NCBI GenBank assembly: GCA_019594235.1
Contig: JAFDTG010000001.1
Span: 5,722 to 69,721, forward strand
Direction: 5' to 3'
DNA from: Candidatus Saliniplasma halalkaliphilum
GTDB taxonomy: Archaea; Thermoplasmatota; Thermoplasmata; Halarchaeoplasmatales; Halarchaeoplasmataceae
Length of the DNA: 64,000 nt
The position numbers and the translations under genes were made by a program. Position 1 is the first letter of the stretch. Each line of letters begins with the position of its first letter. A model generated the notes under the pieces. That model saw only the letters and a program-made list of their open reading frames with translations. It ran no database searches and was not told where the DNA came from. Shown in pieces: positions 1-9,298 of this stretch.

Positions 1-136
1 CTGGTTCTTCAACCATGTTAAATAACATAGTGTTGAAGGTATAAATATATGTTTTGAAAGCTATACCAAAACATTAATGTATTAACAAATCAAGTATATT
101 ATATTAACCAAATTCAAATGAATATCAAAATTTAAA

Positions 137-388
137 ATGTCTGGAGAGATTAAAATGGCAGAAAGAAAAATAAACGTGAAGGGTGAAACTTGTCCGGTTC
201 CATTGGTCGAAACTAGAAAGGCAGTTAGAACGGCTGAGCCTGGAGATGTTCTCATAATTCAAGGGGATCATCCTCCATCAAAAGATGAAATACCCATGGC
301 AGTGGACGCTTTAGGTTTAGAACTTTTAGGTATCGAGGAAGACGGTAAAAACTGGACTATAAAGATCAAAATTCCAGCGGAGGTATGA
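137..388 (+). CDS. tusA: TusA/SirA-family sulfur carrier protein
   Basis: N-terminal GETCPVP motif, about 80 aa; real start may be ATG 155 after GGAGA. Confidence 0.9.
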   Translation: MSGEIKMAERKINVKGETCPVPLVETRKAVRTAEPGDVLIIQGDHPPSKDEIPMAVDALGLELLGIEEDGKNWTIKIKIPAEV

Positions 389-810
389 TATTGACCGGAA
401 AAACTACCCTTATAGTTCAAAGTGGTGACCACGATAAAGTTTACAGTGCATTCATAATAGGAAATGGTGCACTTTCCATGGGGATGGAGGTTTCGATGTA
501 TTTCACATTCTGGGGGCTTGAAAGATTGAAGAAAGGAAAACTAGACAAAGGTCCTCTTTCTAAAATGAATTTTCTTGGATTAGGTAAATGGATAATGAAG
601 AGAAAGATGAAGAAATCCAATGTGAGGGAATTAGAAGATATGATGGATGACTTTGTAGAATTGGGTGGTAAGATATTAGCTTGCGATATGACCATGGAAA
701 TAATGGGTGTAGAAAAGAAAGATTTAAGAGACGAAGTTATTTCCGATTACTGCGCAGTCGGTACATATATTAAAGAGGCGAAAGAATCTGATATAACACT
801 GTTTATATGA
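385..810 (+). CDS. DsrE/DsrF-like (DrsE_2 type) sulfur-transfer protein
   Basis: MYFTFWGL and ACDMTMEIMG motifs, C-terminal ITLFI. Confidence 0.88.
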   Translation: MILTGKTTLIVQSGDHDKVYSAFIIGNGALSMGMEVSMYFTFWGLERLKKGKLDKGPLSKMNFLGLGKWIMKRKMKKSNVRELEDMMDDFVELGGKILACDMTMEIMGVEKKDLRDEVISDYCAVGTYIKEAKESDITLFI

Positions 811-820
811 GGTGTAGAAG

Positions 821-1987
821 ATGAAAGAAGAAACAGTATATCTAGATAACAGTTCAAGCACGAAGATGGATGAAGAGGTTTTAGAAGCCATGAAACCTTA
901 CTTGTTCGAGAAATATGCAGTAGCAAGTTCTGAATTTGGATATTCTCTTGGGATCAAAGCAAAAGAGGGTTTGGAAGATGCTAGGAGCACTATAGCAGAT
1001 AATATAGGAGCCAACTCTGAAGAGTTAATATTTACGTCATGTGGGACAGAAGCAAGCAATCTAGCTTTGAAAGGTGTAGCTGAGAAACTGCCTGAAGATA
1101 AAGATCATATAATCACTAGTAAAATAGAGGATTTTCCCGTTCTAAAAAGTGCCCAGAGATTAGAAAAAGAGGGATACGAAGTTACGTTTCTCGAAGTAGA
1201 TGATGAAGGTTTTGTGGATGTTGACGAATTGGAAGATGCAATCAATGAGAGGACTGGACTGGTTTCGATACAGCACGGAAACCAAGAGATTGGAACAATT
1301 CAAGATGTCGAGAAAATTAGTAAAATATGTGACCAAAAAGACGTTTTATTTCACACCGATGCAACTCATACTTTCACGAAACTACCCATCGACGTCAGTA
1401 AAACTCCTATAGATTTGATGACCTTATCAGCACATACAATACACGGTCCAAAAGGGATTGGAGCACTTTATGTCAAAGATGGAACTGATATAGAAAAAAT
1501 GATGGATGGTGGTTTTCAGGAGAACAATCGAAGAGCCGGTGTCGAAAATATCCCAGGCGCCGTTGGGTTCGCAAAAGCGGTCGAACTCGTAAATGAAGAA
1601 GAGAATCAAAGGCTCAAAGGGATGAGAGATGCTCTTATAAAGAAAATACAGGATAAAATTCTCGACACAACTTTAAACGGACCTGCAAAGGATAGAACAC
1701 CGCAGAACGCAAATATCACATTCCATTACGTCGAAGGTGAATCGATAACACTCCACATGGATATGAGAGGCTTTTCCGTGAGCACCGGTTCGGCCTGTTT
1801 CAGCAAGTCTTTAGAAGCGAGTCATGTCATAATGGGGATCGGTGGGGACCATGAAAGGGCTCACGGTTCAGTTAGATTTAGCTTTGGAAGATATAATACG
1901 ATGGAAGATGTTGATAGAACTGTAAAAGCTATAAGTGAAGTTGTAAAAAGATTAAGAGAGATAAGTCCTTTAGGAAAAGATAAATAG
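821..1987 (+). CDS. iscS: IscS/NifS-like protein with degenerate PLP site (Schiff-base Lys replaced by Thr)
   Basis: YLDN, FTSCGTE, SAHTIHGPKG (canonical SAHKxxGPKG), STGSAC, SVRFS. Confidence 0.9.
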   Translation: MKEETVYLDNSSSTKMDEEVLEAMKPYLFEKYAVASSEFGYSLGIKAKEGLEDARSTIADNIGANSEELIFTSCGTEASNLALKGVAEKLPEDKDHIITSKIEDFPVLKSAQRLEKEGYEVTFLEVDDEGFVDVDELEDAINERTGLVSIQHGNQEIGTIQDVEKISKICDQKDVLFHTDATHTFTKLPIDVSKTPIDLMTLSAHTIHGPKGIGALYVKDGTDIEKMMDGGFQENNRRAGVENIPGAVGFAKAVELVNEEENQRLKGMRDALIKKIQDKILDTTLNGPAKDRTPQNANITFHYVEGESITLHMDMRGFSVSTGSACFSKSLEASHVIMGIGGDHERAHGSVRFSFGRYNTMEDVDRTVKAISEVVKRLREISPLGKDK

Positions 1988-2009
1988 TTTGATAATAGGA
2001 GGTAAGAAC

Positions 2010-2651
2010 ATGGCAGATTTACCATATACAGAAAAAGTAATCGAATACTTCAAAAATCCTAAAAATGTTGGAAAGATAGAAGATGCAGACGGTAAAGCAA
2101 AAGAGGGGAGCCCAGCTTGTGGAGATATGGTTTCAGTCTACATAAAAGTAGATGATGAAACTAAAGAGATCACGGATATAAAATTCGAGTCCTATGGCTG
2201 TGCATCGAACATCGCTACCGGTTCTATAATCACGGAGATGGCCAAGGGAAAGACAATCGATGAAGCAAAAAATATCACCTGGAATGACGCTGCTGAAGAA
2301 CTAGGAGGTCTACCAGATATGAAAACCCACTGTTCCGTTTTAGCGGTTGAAGGACTACAGGCAGCTATCGCGGACTATGAGGAAAAACATGGTCTGGTAA
2401 AAGATGAAGAACCGACCACTGAAAAGGTCGTAGAGAAAAGGTTGAGACACGTGATGAACCCTATGACGGGACTAGATGTGGTCAAAACAGATCTGATCGG
2501 TGATATAGATGTTGAAGATGGAGTCATCTCCCTGAAAGTTGATCTTGCAGAAGATCATCAATTCGCCAATGCTATCAAGGAAGATATCATGGAAAAGTTG
2601 GAACATCTCTGGGATATCGATGACATCAAAATAAAATTCGCTGAAGATTGA
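2010..2651 (+). CDS. iscU: IscU Fe-S scaffold fused to a C-terminal DUF59-like domain
   Basis: NPKNVG, GSPACGD, GCAS, KTHC; C-terminal VMNPMTGLDVV resembles DUF59; GGAGGT SD before ATG 2010. Confidence 0.9.
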   Translation: MADLPYTEKVIEYFKNPKNVGKIEDADGKAKEGSPACGDMVSVYIKVDDETKEITDIKFESYGCASNIATGSIITEMAKGKTIDEAKNITWNDAAEELGGLPDMKTHCSVLAVEGLQAAIADYEEKHGLVKDEEPTTEKVVEKRLRHVMNPMTGLDVVKTDLIGDIDVEDGVISLKVDLAEDHQFANAIKEDIMEKLEHLWDIDDIKIKFAED

Positions 2652-2666
2652 TTGGATGTGTAAGAA

Positions 2667-3476
2667 ATGAAAGTTTCTTTGGTACAAAAAAAGCACGTTT
2701 TAGGAGATAAAGAAGCAAATTTAGGTATTATAAAAGATACGGTAAAACAAAATGATAGTGACCTATACATCTTCCCGGAACTATTTCTAACTGGTTACAG
2801 GCTAAGAGATAGATTATGGGATGAAGCTGAACAGATACCGGGTCATTCTACGGATAAAATTGTTGAATTAGCTGAAGAAGAACAGACTTCTATAATATTT
2901 GGTATGCCGGAAAAGATAGGTAGGAGTGGAAGATTGAAAAACTCCGCCGTTTTAGTAAATCCAGAAGGAGATATAGATGTATATAGAAAAACCTACCTAC
3001 CTAACTTCGGGCCTTTCGAAGAGATGAGATATTTTGGACCCGATGATAATATCCCTGTTTTCGATACTCAGTTCGGTAAGTTAGGTATGGTGATATGCTA
3101 TGATATTTTCTTCCCCGAACTGACCAAAGCGATGGCTCTGAAAGGTGCTGATTTCTTAGTTTGTATCTCTGCATCTCCTTCTATAAGTAAAAAGTTCTTC
3201 GAAACTGTTTTACCAGCTAGAGCTATTGAAACTACGGCTTTCATATTCTACGCAAATCTACTAGGTAGAGAGGAAAATTTCACGTTCTGGGGCGGAGATA
3301 GAGTTATTTCACCGACTGGTATGGAAGTCGCAAGGGGACCGATATATGAAGAAGACGTGTTGACAGTAGAAATTGACCTTGAAGACCTTGATAGAGCAAG
3401 AAAGGGGAGACCAGTTTTGAATGATACCAGAGCCGAAGTAATGTATGGTTCAGCCGACTCAATATTTATCGATTAG
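2667..3476 (+). CDS. carbon-nitrogen hydrolase (nitrilase/amidase family)
   Basis: E-K-C triad: FPELF, YRKTYL, ICYD. Confidence 0.92.
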   Translation: MKVSLVQKKHVLGDKEANLGIIKDTVKQNDSDLYIFPELFLTGYRLRDRLWDEAEQIPGHSTDKIVELAEEEQTSIIFGMPEKIGRSGRLKNSAVLVNPEGDIDVYRKTYLPNFGPFEEMRYFGPDDNIPVFDTQFGKLGMVICYDIFFPELTKAMALKGADFLVCISASPSISKKFFETVLPARAIETTAFIFYANLLGREENFTFWGGDRVISPTGMEVARGPIYEEDVLTVEIDLEDLDRARKGRPVLNDTRAEVMYGSADSIFID

Positions 3477-3494
3477 AAATATCAAAAATCAAAT

Positions 3495-4985
3495 TTAAGG
3501 AATTCTGAAATCTATATTTAAAAATCTACGTAAACTCTGCTTTTTGTAAAGAGAAGGATTGAAAAGAACAATAGCAGTAAATATCTCCAATCTACCTATC
3601 CACATAAAAAATGCCATAAATAATCTTCCCAATAGAGGAACATTTCTAAAAGAAGCATCTGATATGATCCCTAAACCAGGACCGATATTACCCAAACTAC
3701 TTGCTGAAACAGCTATTCCTGAAATTATATCTAAACCTAAACCTACCATTAGCAATGCTCCAAAAGAGAATATTAATAAATAAGCACCAAAAAATATTGC
3801 AACAGTCTCTAATGTTCTTTCTTCGACAACTGTGTCACCCATACGTACAACCAATACTCTATTAGGATTAGCGAATTCTATGACTTTTCTTTTAATCAGC
3901 TTAAACATTAAAAGAATTCTTAAAACTTTGATACCCCCGCTTGTAGATCCAGCTGAACCTCCTATGAACATAAAAAAAAGCAAAAATAACCTTAACAATT
4001 CAGGCCATTTATCAAAGTTTTGAGTAGTATAACCCGTAGTCGTTAAAATGGATACCGTCTGGAAAATTAAGTCTCTAATTAAGATATTATGTTTAACCCC
4101 TATAAGAACTAGAATACTTGCTCCTATGAAGATGATAAACAGATAAGCTTTGAATTCTGAATCTGAAATTAATTTTTTAAATCTACCTTTAAAAACATGG
4201 TATTGTAAAGAGAAATTAACACCCGCAATTATCATAAAAATTATGAAAATCCATTGAACAGTAGAAGAAAAATATGCTATACTATTCGAGTGTGTTGAGA
4301 AACCACCAGTTGGTATTGTAGTCAAAGAATGATAAATTGCATCATATACACTAACTTTAGCTCCAAGAAGTATAATAAACAATAATAAAGTAAAAAGACA
4401 ATAAATATACCAAAGACTTTTTGCAGTTTCTTTAATTTTGGGTTTTATCCTTGTTATCGAAGGACCTGGTGCCTCTGCTTCAAGTAGGCTCAATCCTCCT
4501 CGGCTTAACTTAGATAAGATTGCAACCGATAAAACGATCACTCCCATACCACCAAACCATTGCAGTAGTGCTCGCCATAATAAAATGCTTTTTGGATGAG
4601 ATTCTAGAGGAAAGGATAAAACAGTTGCACCTGTTGTTGTTATACCAGCCATTGCTTCGAAAAATGCGTTTACGGGACATGAAAAGGTAAAAGTTAATAA
4701 AAAAGTTAAAGACGAAACTAAAGCCAAAATCAACCATGTAAAACTAACTAGGACTATTGCTTCATTATTATAAAAATTTTCAGATCTAGTAAAATGTTCC
4801 GCAGTATATCCTATTGTAATAGTAAAAAACGCAAGGAATATGTAAACTAATGCATTATATGGCAGGAAATTAAATAGTATAGGCTTCTCCACATAATAAA
4901 AGGCTGGGATAACAGGAATGAAAAAGGCTATACCAAATAATTTTAGTATCGATCCAAGATTCCCGACAACAATTTTCCATCTCAT
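3495..4985 (-). CDS. trkH: TrkH potassium uptake permease
   Basis: TTTGAT, TGGF, TTTGY, GGSAGSTSGGIK, GNIGPG, GRLE pore-loop motifs. Confidence 0.95.
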   Translation of the reverse strand: MRWKIVVGNLGSILKLFGIAFFIPVIPAFYYVEKPILFNFLPYNALVYIFLAFFTITIGYTAEHFTRSENFYNNEAIVLVSFTWLILALVSSLTFLLTFTFSCPVNAFFEAMAGITTTGATVLSFPLESHPKSILLWRALLQWFGGMGVIVLSVAILSKLSRGGLSLLEAEAPGPSITRIKPKIKETAKSLWYIYCLFTLLLFIILLGAKVSVYDAIYHSLTTIPTGGFSTHSNSIAYFSSTVQWIFIIFMIIAGVNFSLQYHVFKGRFKKLISDSEFKAYLFIIFIGASILVLIGVKHNILIRDLIFQTVSILTTTGYTTQNFDKWPELLRLFLLFFMFIGGSAGSTSGGIKVLRILLMFKLIKRKVIEFANPNRVLVVRMGDTVVEERTLETVAIFFGAYLLIFSFGALLMVGLGLDIISGIAVSASSLGNIGPGLGIISDASFRNVPLLGRLFMAFFMWIGRLEIFTAIVLFNPSLYKKQSLRRFLNIDFRIP

Positions 4986-5236
4986 TTTTGATATATACTC
5001 CCGTTTTTTTGGCTTAATTAACCTATATAGCCTGATAATATCGAGAAATAATTAATTCCCTAACTCACCACAGCAATTATTAGTAATATATCAGTTTAAA
5101 CCCCTATATTCTACACCAAAATCCACCAATGTATATATATAATTTATTAAATTCTAGTAAATATCCATATTAAAATAAGGATTTTGTTTGAAACAATATT
5201 AAGACGATGAAGCAGCTTTATTTCAAGAACAGGGTT

Positions 5237-6886
5237 TTAATATAATAATAATAAAGCGACAACTATCCCCTGACCTATCAAAACGTATCTCACTCCATCT
5301 GTAAGACTAACTTCAGAGATCACCCTTCTCACGTCTATATTTTTCACTTCTTCAAGTACTGGTCGGATCACATAGGCGATTGGTAACGTCAATAGAAGGG
5401 TCAGTCCTCCTTTGCTCCATAATGTACTCAACTCTATATATGAACCTGTAAACAAATGACTACCACTCACAAGTATAGAGGTTCCAGGTCCTATGATATT
5501 GTTCATCCATATAGATGTTGTAGTTCCTATGAATATCGTCAAACCAGCTAAAATTATCAGAGGTTTCAACATGCTAACGGGAGCATCTAATTTTTCGCTT
5601 TCTCTACTTGCGTAATATATTATCCTAAATACAGAAGCAGCTATTATGATATGTATTATTACAAATGGAATCAATATTAACGGTCTAGAAAAGACTGATT
5701 CGATCATAAAGGCCTTGCTGTAAAAACCATTTAAAGGTGGTATCCCTATGAGAGCAAGTAGTCCAATCAAAAAGGTAGATGCTAAGATAGGATGTCCATT
5801 TTTTAAAGATATCTTCCGGATATCACCACTACCATACAAATATATAATGGCTCCCGCAGAGAGGAATAGAAGGGGTTTGAATATGGAATGATTGACCATA
5901 TGGTACAAAGCAGAAGATACAGATGAAGGAGTCCATAAACCCACACAAGCGGTAATAAGCCCTACTTGAGCTATAGTATGCCATGTCAAGATACGTTTGA
6001 TATCCCAGTATTTGAATGTCATAAGGCTTCCTATAATACCGGTTATCAACCCAAAAAATATTACGATATTAAGTATAGCTGGAATGGCAAAGCCAACAGC
6101 TATGGTTCTGAACAACATATAAAGGCCTACTTTTACTGTTAAACCGGCTAAAACAGCGGTGATAGGTGTAGGAGCTGAAACGTGGGCATCAGGAAGCCAT
6201 GTATGAAATGGTACTAATCCACTTTTAACTCCAATCGTGACCATAAAGAATGAAAATATCAAAATCCTCGCAGGGACCGGAACTGTAGGCAGTGTTTCTC
6301 CAATCTCTTTCAAATCTAAGAAACCGACGTTGAAATATATCAAACCGATGCCTACGAGGAATAGGAATGTAGAAACGCTTCCAATTATCAGGTAATAAAA
6401 ACTTGCCCTTAGTGATTCTTTAGTTTTAGTGTATGTCAACAGAACGTAAGTGGCAAGGACGGTCACCTCAAAAAACTCGTATCTCATTATAAGGTCTCCT
6501 GTTAAAAAAACACCGTAAAGACCCGTTGTCATAAAGAGAAATAAGAAATAATACTTATCACCGGTTGGCAGCATTTCTTTCGATTCGAGAGAATATATAA
6601 AAGTAGTTAGTGTAACTATCCCGACTAACACAGACATCATCACCGATAGATTGTCCATCACCAAAACTATACCATATGGTATCTCCCAACCTCCTAATTC
6701 ATAGTAAATCGGATCCGCTATAGATCTAGGAGTGAAAGCAAGTAATAATATGACTGGTAAGGTGAGTGCTGCTAATGTAATGATATCTTTTAGTCTTTGA
6801 GACGGATTAAATTTTGAAATCAGTTCAAGGATGATAGCCCCAGTGAGGGGAGCTATTATAATGATAATCGGAACATGCCTGATCAA
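5237..6886 (-). CDS. mnhD: Mrp/Mbh antiporter-like subunit MnhD/MbhH
   Basis: GGW..PYGI, FFE, KSGLVPFHTWLPDAH, HSIFK, GIPPLNGFYSK. Confidence 0.9.
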   Translation of the reverse strand: MIRHVPIIIIIAPLTGAIILELISKFNPSQRLKDIITLAALTLPVILLLAFTPRSIADPIYYELGGWEIPYGIVLVMDNLSVMMSVLVGIVTLTTFIYSLESKEMLPTGDKYYFLFLFMTTGLYGVFLTGDLIMRYEFFEVTVLATYVLLTYTKTKESLRASFYYLIIGSVSTFLFLVGIGLIYFNVGFLDLKEIGETLPTVPVPARILIFSFFMVTIGVKSGLVPFHTWLPDAHVSAPTPITAVLAGLTVKVGLYMLFRTIAVGFAIPAILNIVIFFGLITGIIGSLMTFKYWDIKRILTWHTIAQVGLITACVGLWTPSSVSSALYHMVNHSIFKPLLFLSAGAIIYLYGSGDIRKISLKNGHPILASTFLIGLLALIGIPPLNGFYSKAFMIESVFSRPLILIPFVIIHIIIAASVFRIIYYASRESEKLDAPVSMLKPLIILAGLTIFIGTTTSIWMNNIIGPGTSILVSGSHLFTGSYIELSTLWSKGGLTLLLTLPIAYVIRPVLEEVKNIDVRRVISEVSLTDGVRYVLIGQGIVVALLLLY

Positions 6887-7215
6887 TTATAATCCTCCCA
6901 CATTTCTCTTACATCAAGCGTATCAAATTCCCTATATAGATAAAGCACTAGAGCTAAACCTAGGGCCAAAGTTGCGAGGTTCACAACAATTCCGGTCAAC
7001 ATGAAAGTGTGTGGAAGTGGATCGACCATTTCTCCTTGATATCCGATTATAGGTACAGTTCCGCCTGGAACATATCCGATGGAAACAAAAAGAAGTATTA
7101 TACCTGTATTTGCAACGTTAAGGGACATTAAAAGTTTGATAGCGTTCCTATTGTTGGTTAGTCCGTATAGTCCTATAAATAAAGTGATCAGTCCGACATG
7201 TATCCCATTCAGCAT
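6883..7215 (-). CDS. mnhC: Mrp subunit MnhC/MbhG
   Basis: DPLPHTFMLTGIVV motif, three TM helices. Confidence 0.9.
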   Translation of the reverse strand: MLNGIHVGLITLFIGLYGLTNNRNAIKLLMSLNVANTGIILLFVSIGYVPGGTVPIIGYQGEMVDPLPHTFMLTGIVVNLATLALGLALVLYLYREFDTLDVREMWEDYN

Positions 7216-7607
7216 GGATCGACCCCCTGCTCAAAAAAGAACACTGAAAGAACAACCACTCCAGCGAATACCTTTATTCCAACCACGATATCTAAAAAGA
7301 CCAGAGATGTCATCCTGTAAGGAGTTAGATTCACGAAAAAACTTCCGCCTATCAATATTCCAAGGATACCAAAAAGCAGTATTAACGAAGTACCGATCGT
7401 GTCAAAAGATTCAACATGATTGGTTAACTTTTTGACTTTTGTTCTTCCATGAGTTACAAGAACTAGTATAACACCTGAAGCGAGCACAACACCTCCCTGG
7501 AAACCTCCTCCTGGGGAAACTGGACCAAAAAGCATCAGATATATGCCGTACATCAATATGAAAGGAGTCAAAGCACGTCCAAATGTTCTAACGATAATGG
7601 ATTTTAT
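7209..7607 (-). CDS. mnhB: Mrp subunit MnhB/MbhF
   Basis: SPGGGFQGG motif; frame open upstream of TTG 7571 to an ATA at 7607 with a strong SD. Confidence 0.85.
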   Translation of the reverse strand: MKSIIVRTFGRALTPFILMYGIYLMLFGPVSPGGGFQGGVVLASGVILVLVTHGRTKVKKLTNHVESFDTIGTSLILLFGILGILIGGSFFVNLTPYRMTSLVFLDIVVGIKVFAGVVVLSVFFFEQGVDPC

Positions 7608-7903
7608 GAGCCCTCACCTCCTTCATCTTTTGGTTTTATTATCTCTTTACCAAGTATGATAATTCCTGCGATAGCGATGTAAAGGACTAACAATTCACCG
7701 AAGGTGTCGTAACCTCTAAAATCAAAAAGTATGGCCTCCACTAGATTGATTGCTCCGGTTTCTTCATAATTTTCAAGATAAAATTCTGTAAGAGGAGAGT
7801 CGGATTTATCTTCATGGCCTAGATTCATACCAGTCAGGAACATAAGGCATATGAAAACTACTAAGAGTGCGGTAAATACCCTTTTAAAGACGTTTTCTTT
7901 CAT
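7604..7903 (-). CDS. MbhE-like subunit
   Basis: TGAINLVEAILFDFRGYDTFGE motif. Confidence 0.88.
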   Translation of the reverse strand: MKENVFKRVFTALLVVFICLMFLTGMNLGHEDKSDSPLTEFYLENYEETGAINLVEAILFDFRGYDTFGELLVLYIAIAGIIILGKEIIKPKDEGGEGS

Positions 7904-8141
7904 ATCCGAACCTCTCTAATTTTTTGATTATGGCTAGAAACAGGACTGTAGTAGCTCCCGTACTGACTATGGAGAATGCTAGAGCCACATCAGTTGCTCT
8001 ATACAGATAAAGTAATAGAATAAGGAATACTGACGCTAAAGCTAAAAATACGAGTGCTCTTATCAAGTCATCTTCCATGATTACAAGTATATTCGAAACT
8101 AGAAAGAGTACAAGAAATAATTCAATTATCATCCTCTTCAT
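7884..8141 (-). CDS. MbhD-like / DUF4040 subunit
   Basis: Three TM helices, YRATDVAL (APDVA-like); start refined to ATG 8141 or 8132. Confidence 0.8.
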   Translation of the reverse strand: MKRMIIELFLVLFLVSNILVIMEDDLIRALVFLALASVFLILLLYLYRATDVALAFSIVSTGATTVLFLAIIKKLERFGYERKRL

Positions 8142-8472
8142 CCTCCTTCTTTTCTTCCGCTTTAACTTCGTGGAAAGGTATCTCGTCAGTAGCACCAGAA
8201 TGAACATGCGCTGCTCTCGCGATTGCATGTGCTGTTATAGGACCAGTAAACAAAATGAAAACCATAATAAGAATGATCTTACCAGAGATTTCGGTGAAAC
8301 CGCTTCGTATCAAAACGCCAGCAAGTAAAGCTATAGTACCACCAGTTCCGGCTTTTCCACTAGCATGCAATCTCATGTATATATCCGAAAATCTAAGAAT
8401 TCCCAGGGCTGCGGTAAACATCATAACACAGCCGAGAGATATGAAAAATAATGAAATGATCTCGATGATCAT
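8122..8472 (-). CDS. mnhG: Mrp subunit MnhG/MbhC
   Basis: GILRFSDIYMRLHA and TGPITAHAIARAA. Confidence 0.92.
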   Translation of the reverse strand: MIIEIISLFFISLGCVMMFTAALGILRFSDIYMRLHASGKAGTGGTIALLAGVLIRSGFTEISGKIILIMVFILFTGPITAHAIARAAHVHSGATDEIPFHEVKAEEKKEDEEDDN

Positions 8473-8729
8473 ATAAATTCACCCCCTTCCAGGTATTTTA
8501 CCAGAGCAATCGTACCCACGAAATCAAGCATTACAAAAGATAAAGCTATATCTAGATACAAACCCAAATCCGTTTCTAGACTGATCAGTATTAGAATTAT
8601 AGTGATGATCACACCAACTACGTTCAAAGAAACTAACCTGTCATATATAGTCGGACCAAGGAATAATCGGTATGATGCAAGGATAGCGATGAATATCAAT
8701 ATAACTGATATTGCATAGTACAAGCTCAA
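8469..8729 (-). CDS. mnhF: Mrp subunit MnhF/MbhB
   Basis: RLFLGPTIYDR, LDIAL, FVGTIA. Confidence 0.92.
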   Translation of the reverse strand: MSLYYAISVILIFIAILASYRLFLGPTIYDRLVSLNVVGVIITIILILISLETDLGLYLDIALSFVMLDFVGTIALVKYLEGGEFI

Positions 8730-9298
8730 GTGAACACCCCCTTAATCATGTTATCCCAGTTCAATATGGATTCTTTAATACTCTCGCTTAGGTTTTCTGC
8801 CTTTAAATAAGAATAGTGAACATAAAGGTAATAGGTCTCATCTTCCTTTTCAACATCTATTACTAAAGTACCAGGTGTAAGTGTTATCAAAAGTGATATC
8901 AACGTTACTTCACTCTCAGATGTCAGACTTACTTTAGTCCTTACTACCCTAGGTTCAACTTTCATGGTTATAGATTGGTAAATCAAGATTCCATTAGCAA
9001 TTATTAATTTTAAACACACATCTAAGAAAAGAGCAAAGATGTTTTTTAAGGAGTTCAAATATTCTGACAAACGGCTCTTTTTTCTTTCTTCACCATGTAT
9101 GACAAATTTATGAACGGTGAAAGTGACTAAACTGGCCCCGACTAAACCTGATGCTAAGGTATAAAGGGATATTTCACCGCCTCTGAATATATTGAATATT
9201 TCCCCAGTTAAAAGAAGCCAGAACAGAATTAAGAGTACATCTAAAAGGGCATAATGTCGATTGAGTGCATCCTCTTTCGAGATCCCATCATTCTTCAT
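8726..9298 (-). CDS. mnhE: Mrp subunit MnhE/MbhA
   Basis: ITLTPGT and LYVH motifs; likely start ATG 9298 after AGGTG. Confidence 0.88.
   Translation of the reverse strand: MKNDGISKEDALNRHYALLDVLLILFWLLLTGEIFNIFRGGEISLYTLASGLVGASLVTFTVHKFVIHGEERKKSRLSEYLNSLKNIFALFLDVCLKLIIANGILIYQSITMKVEPRVVRTKVSLTSESEVTLISLLITLTPGTLVIDVEKEDETYYLYVHYSYLKAENLSESIKESILNWDNMIKGVFT

Noticed and set aside
4986..5236. Possible riboswitch or small ORF upstream of trkH
   Set aside because: No convincing stems, aptamer motif or ORF; AT-rich spacer
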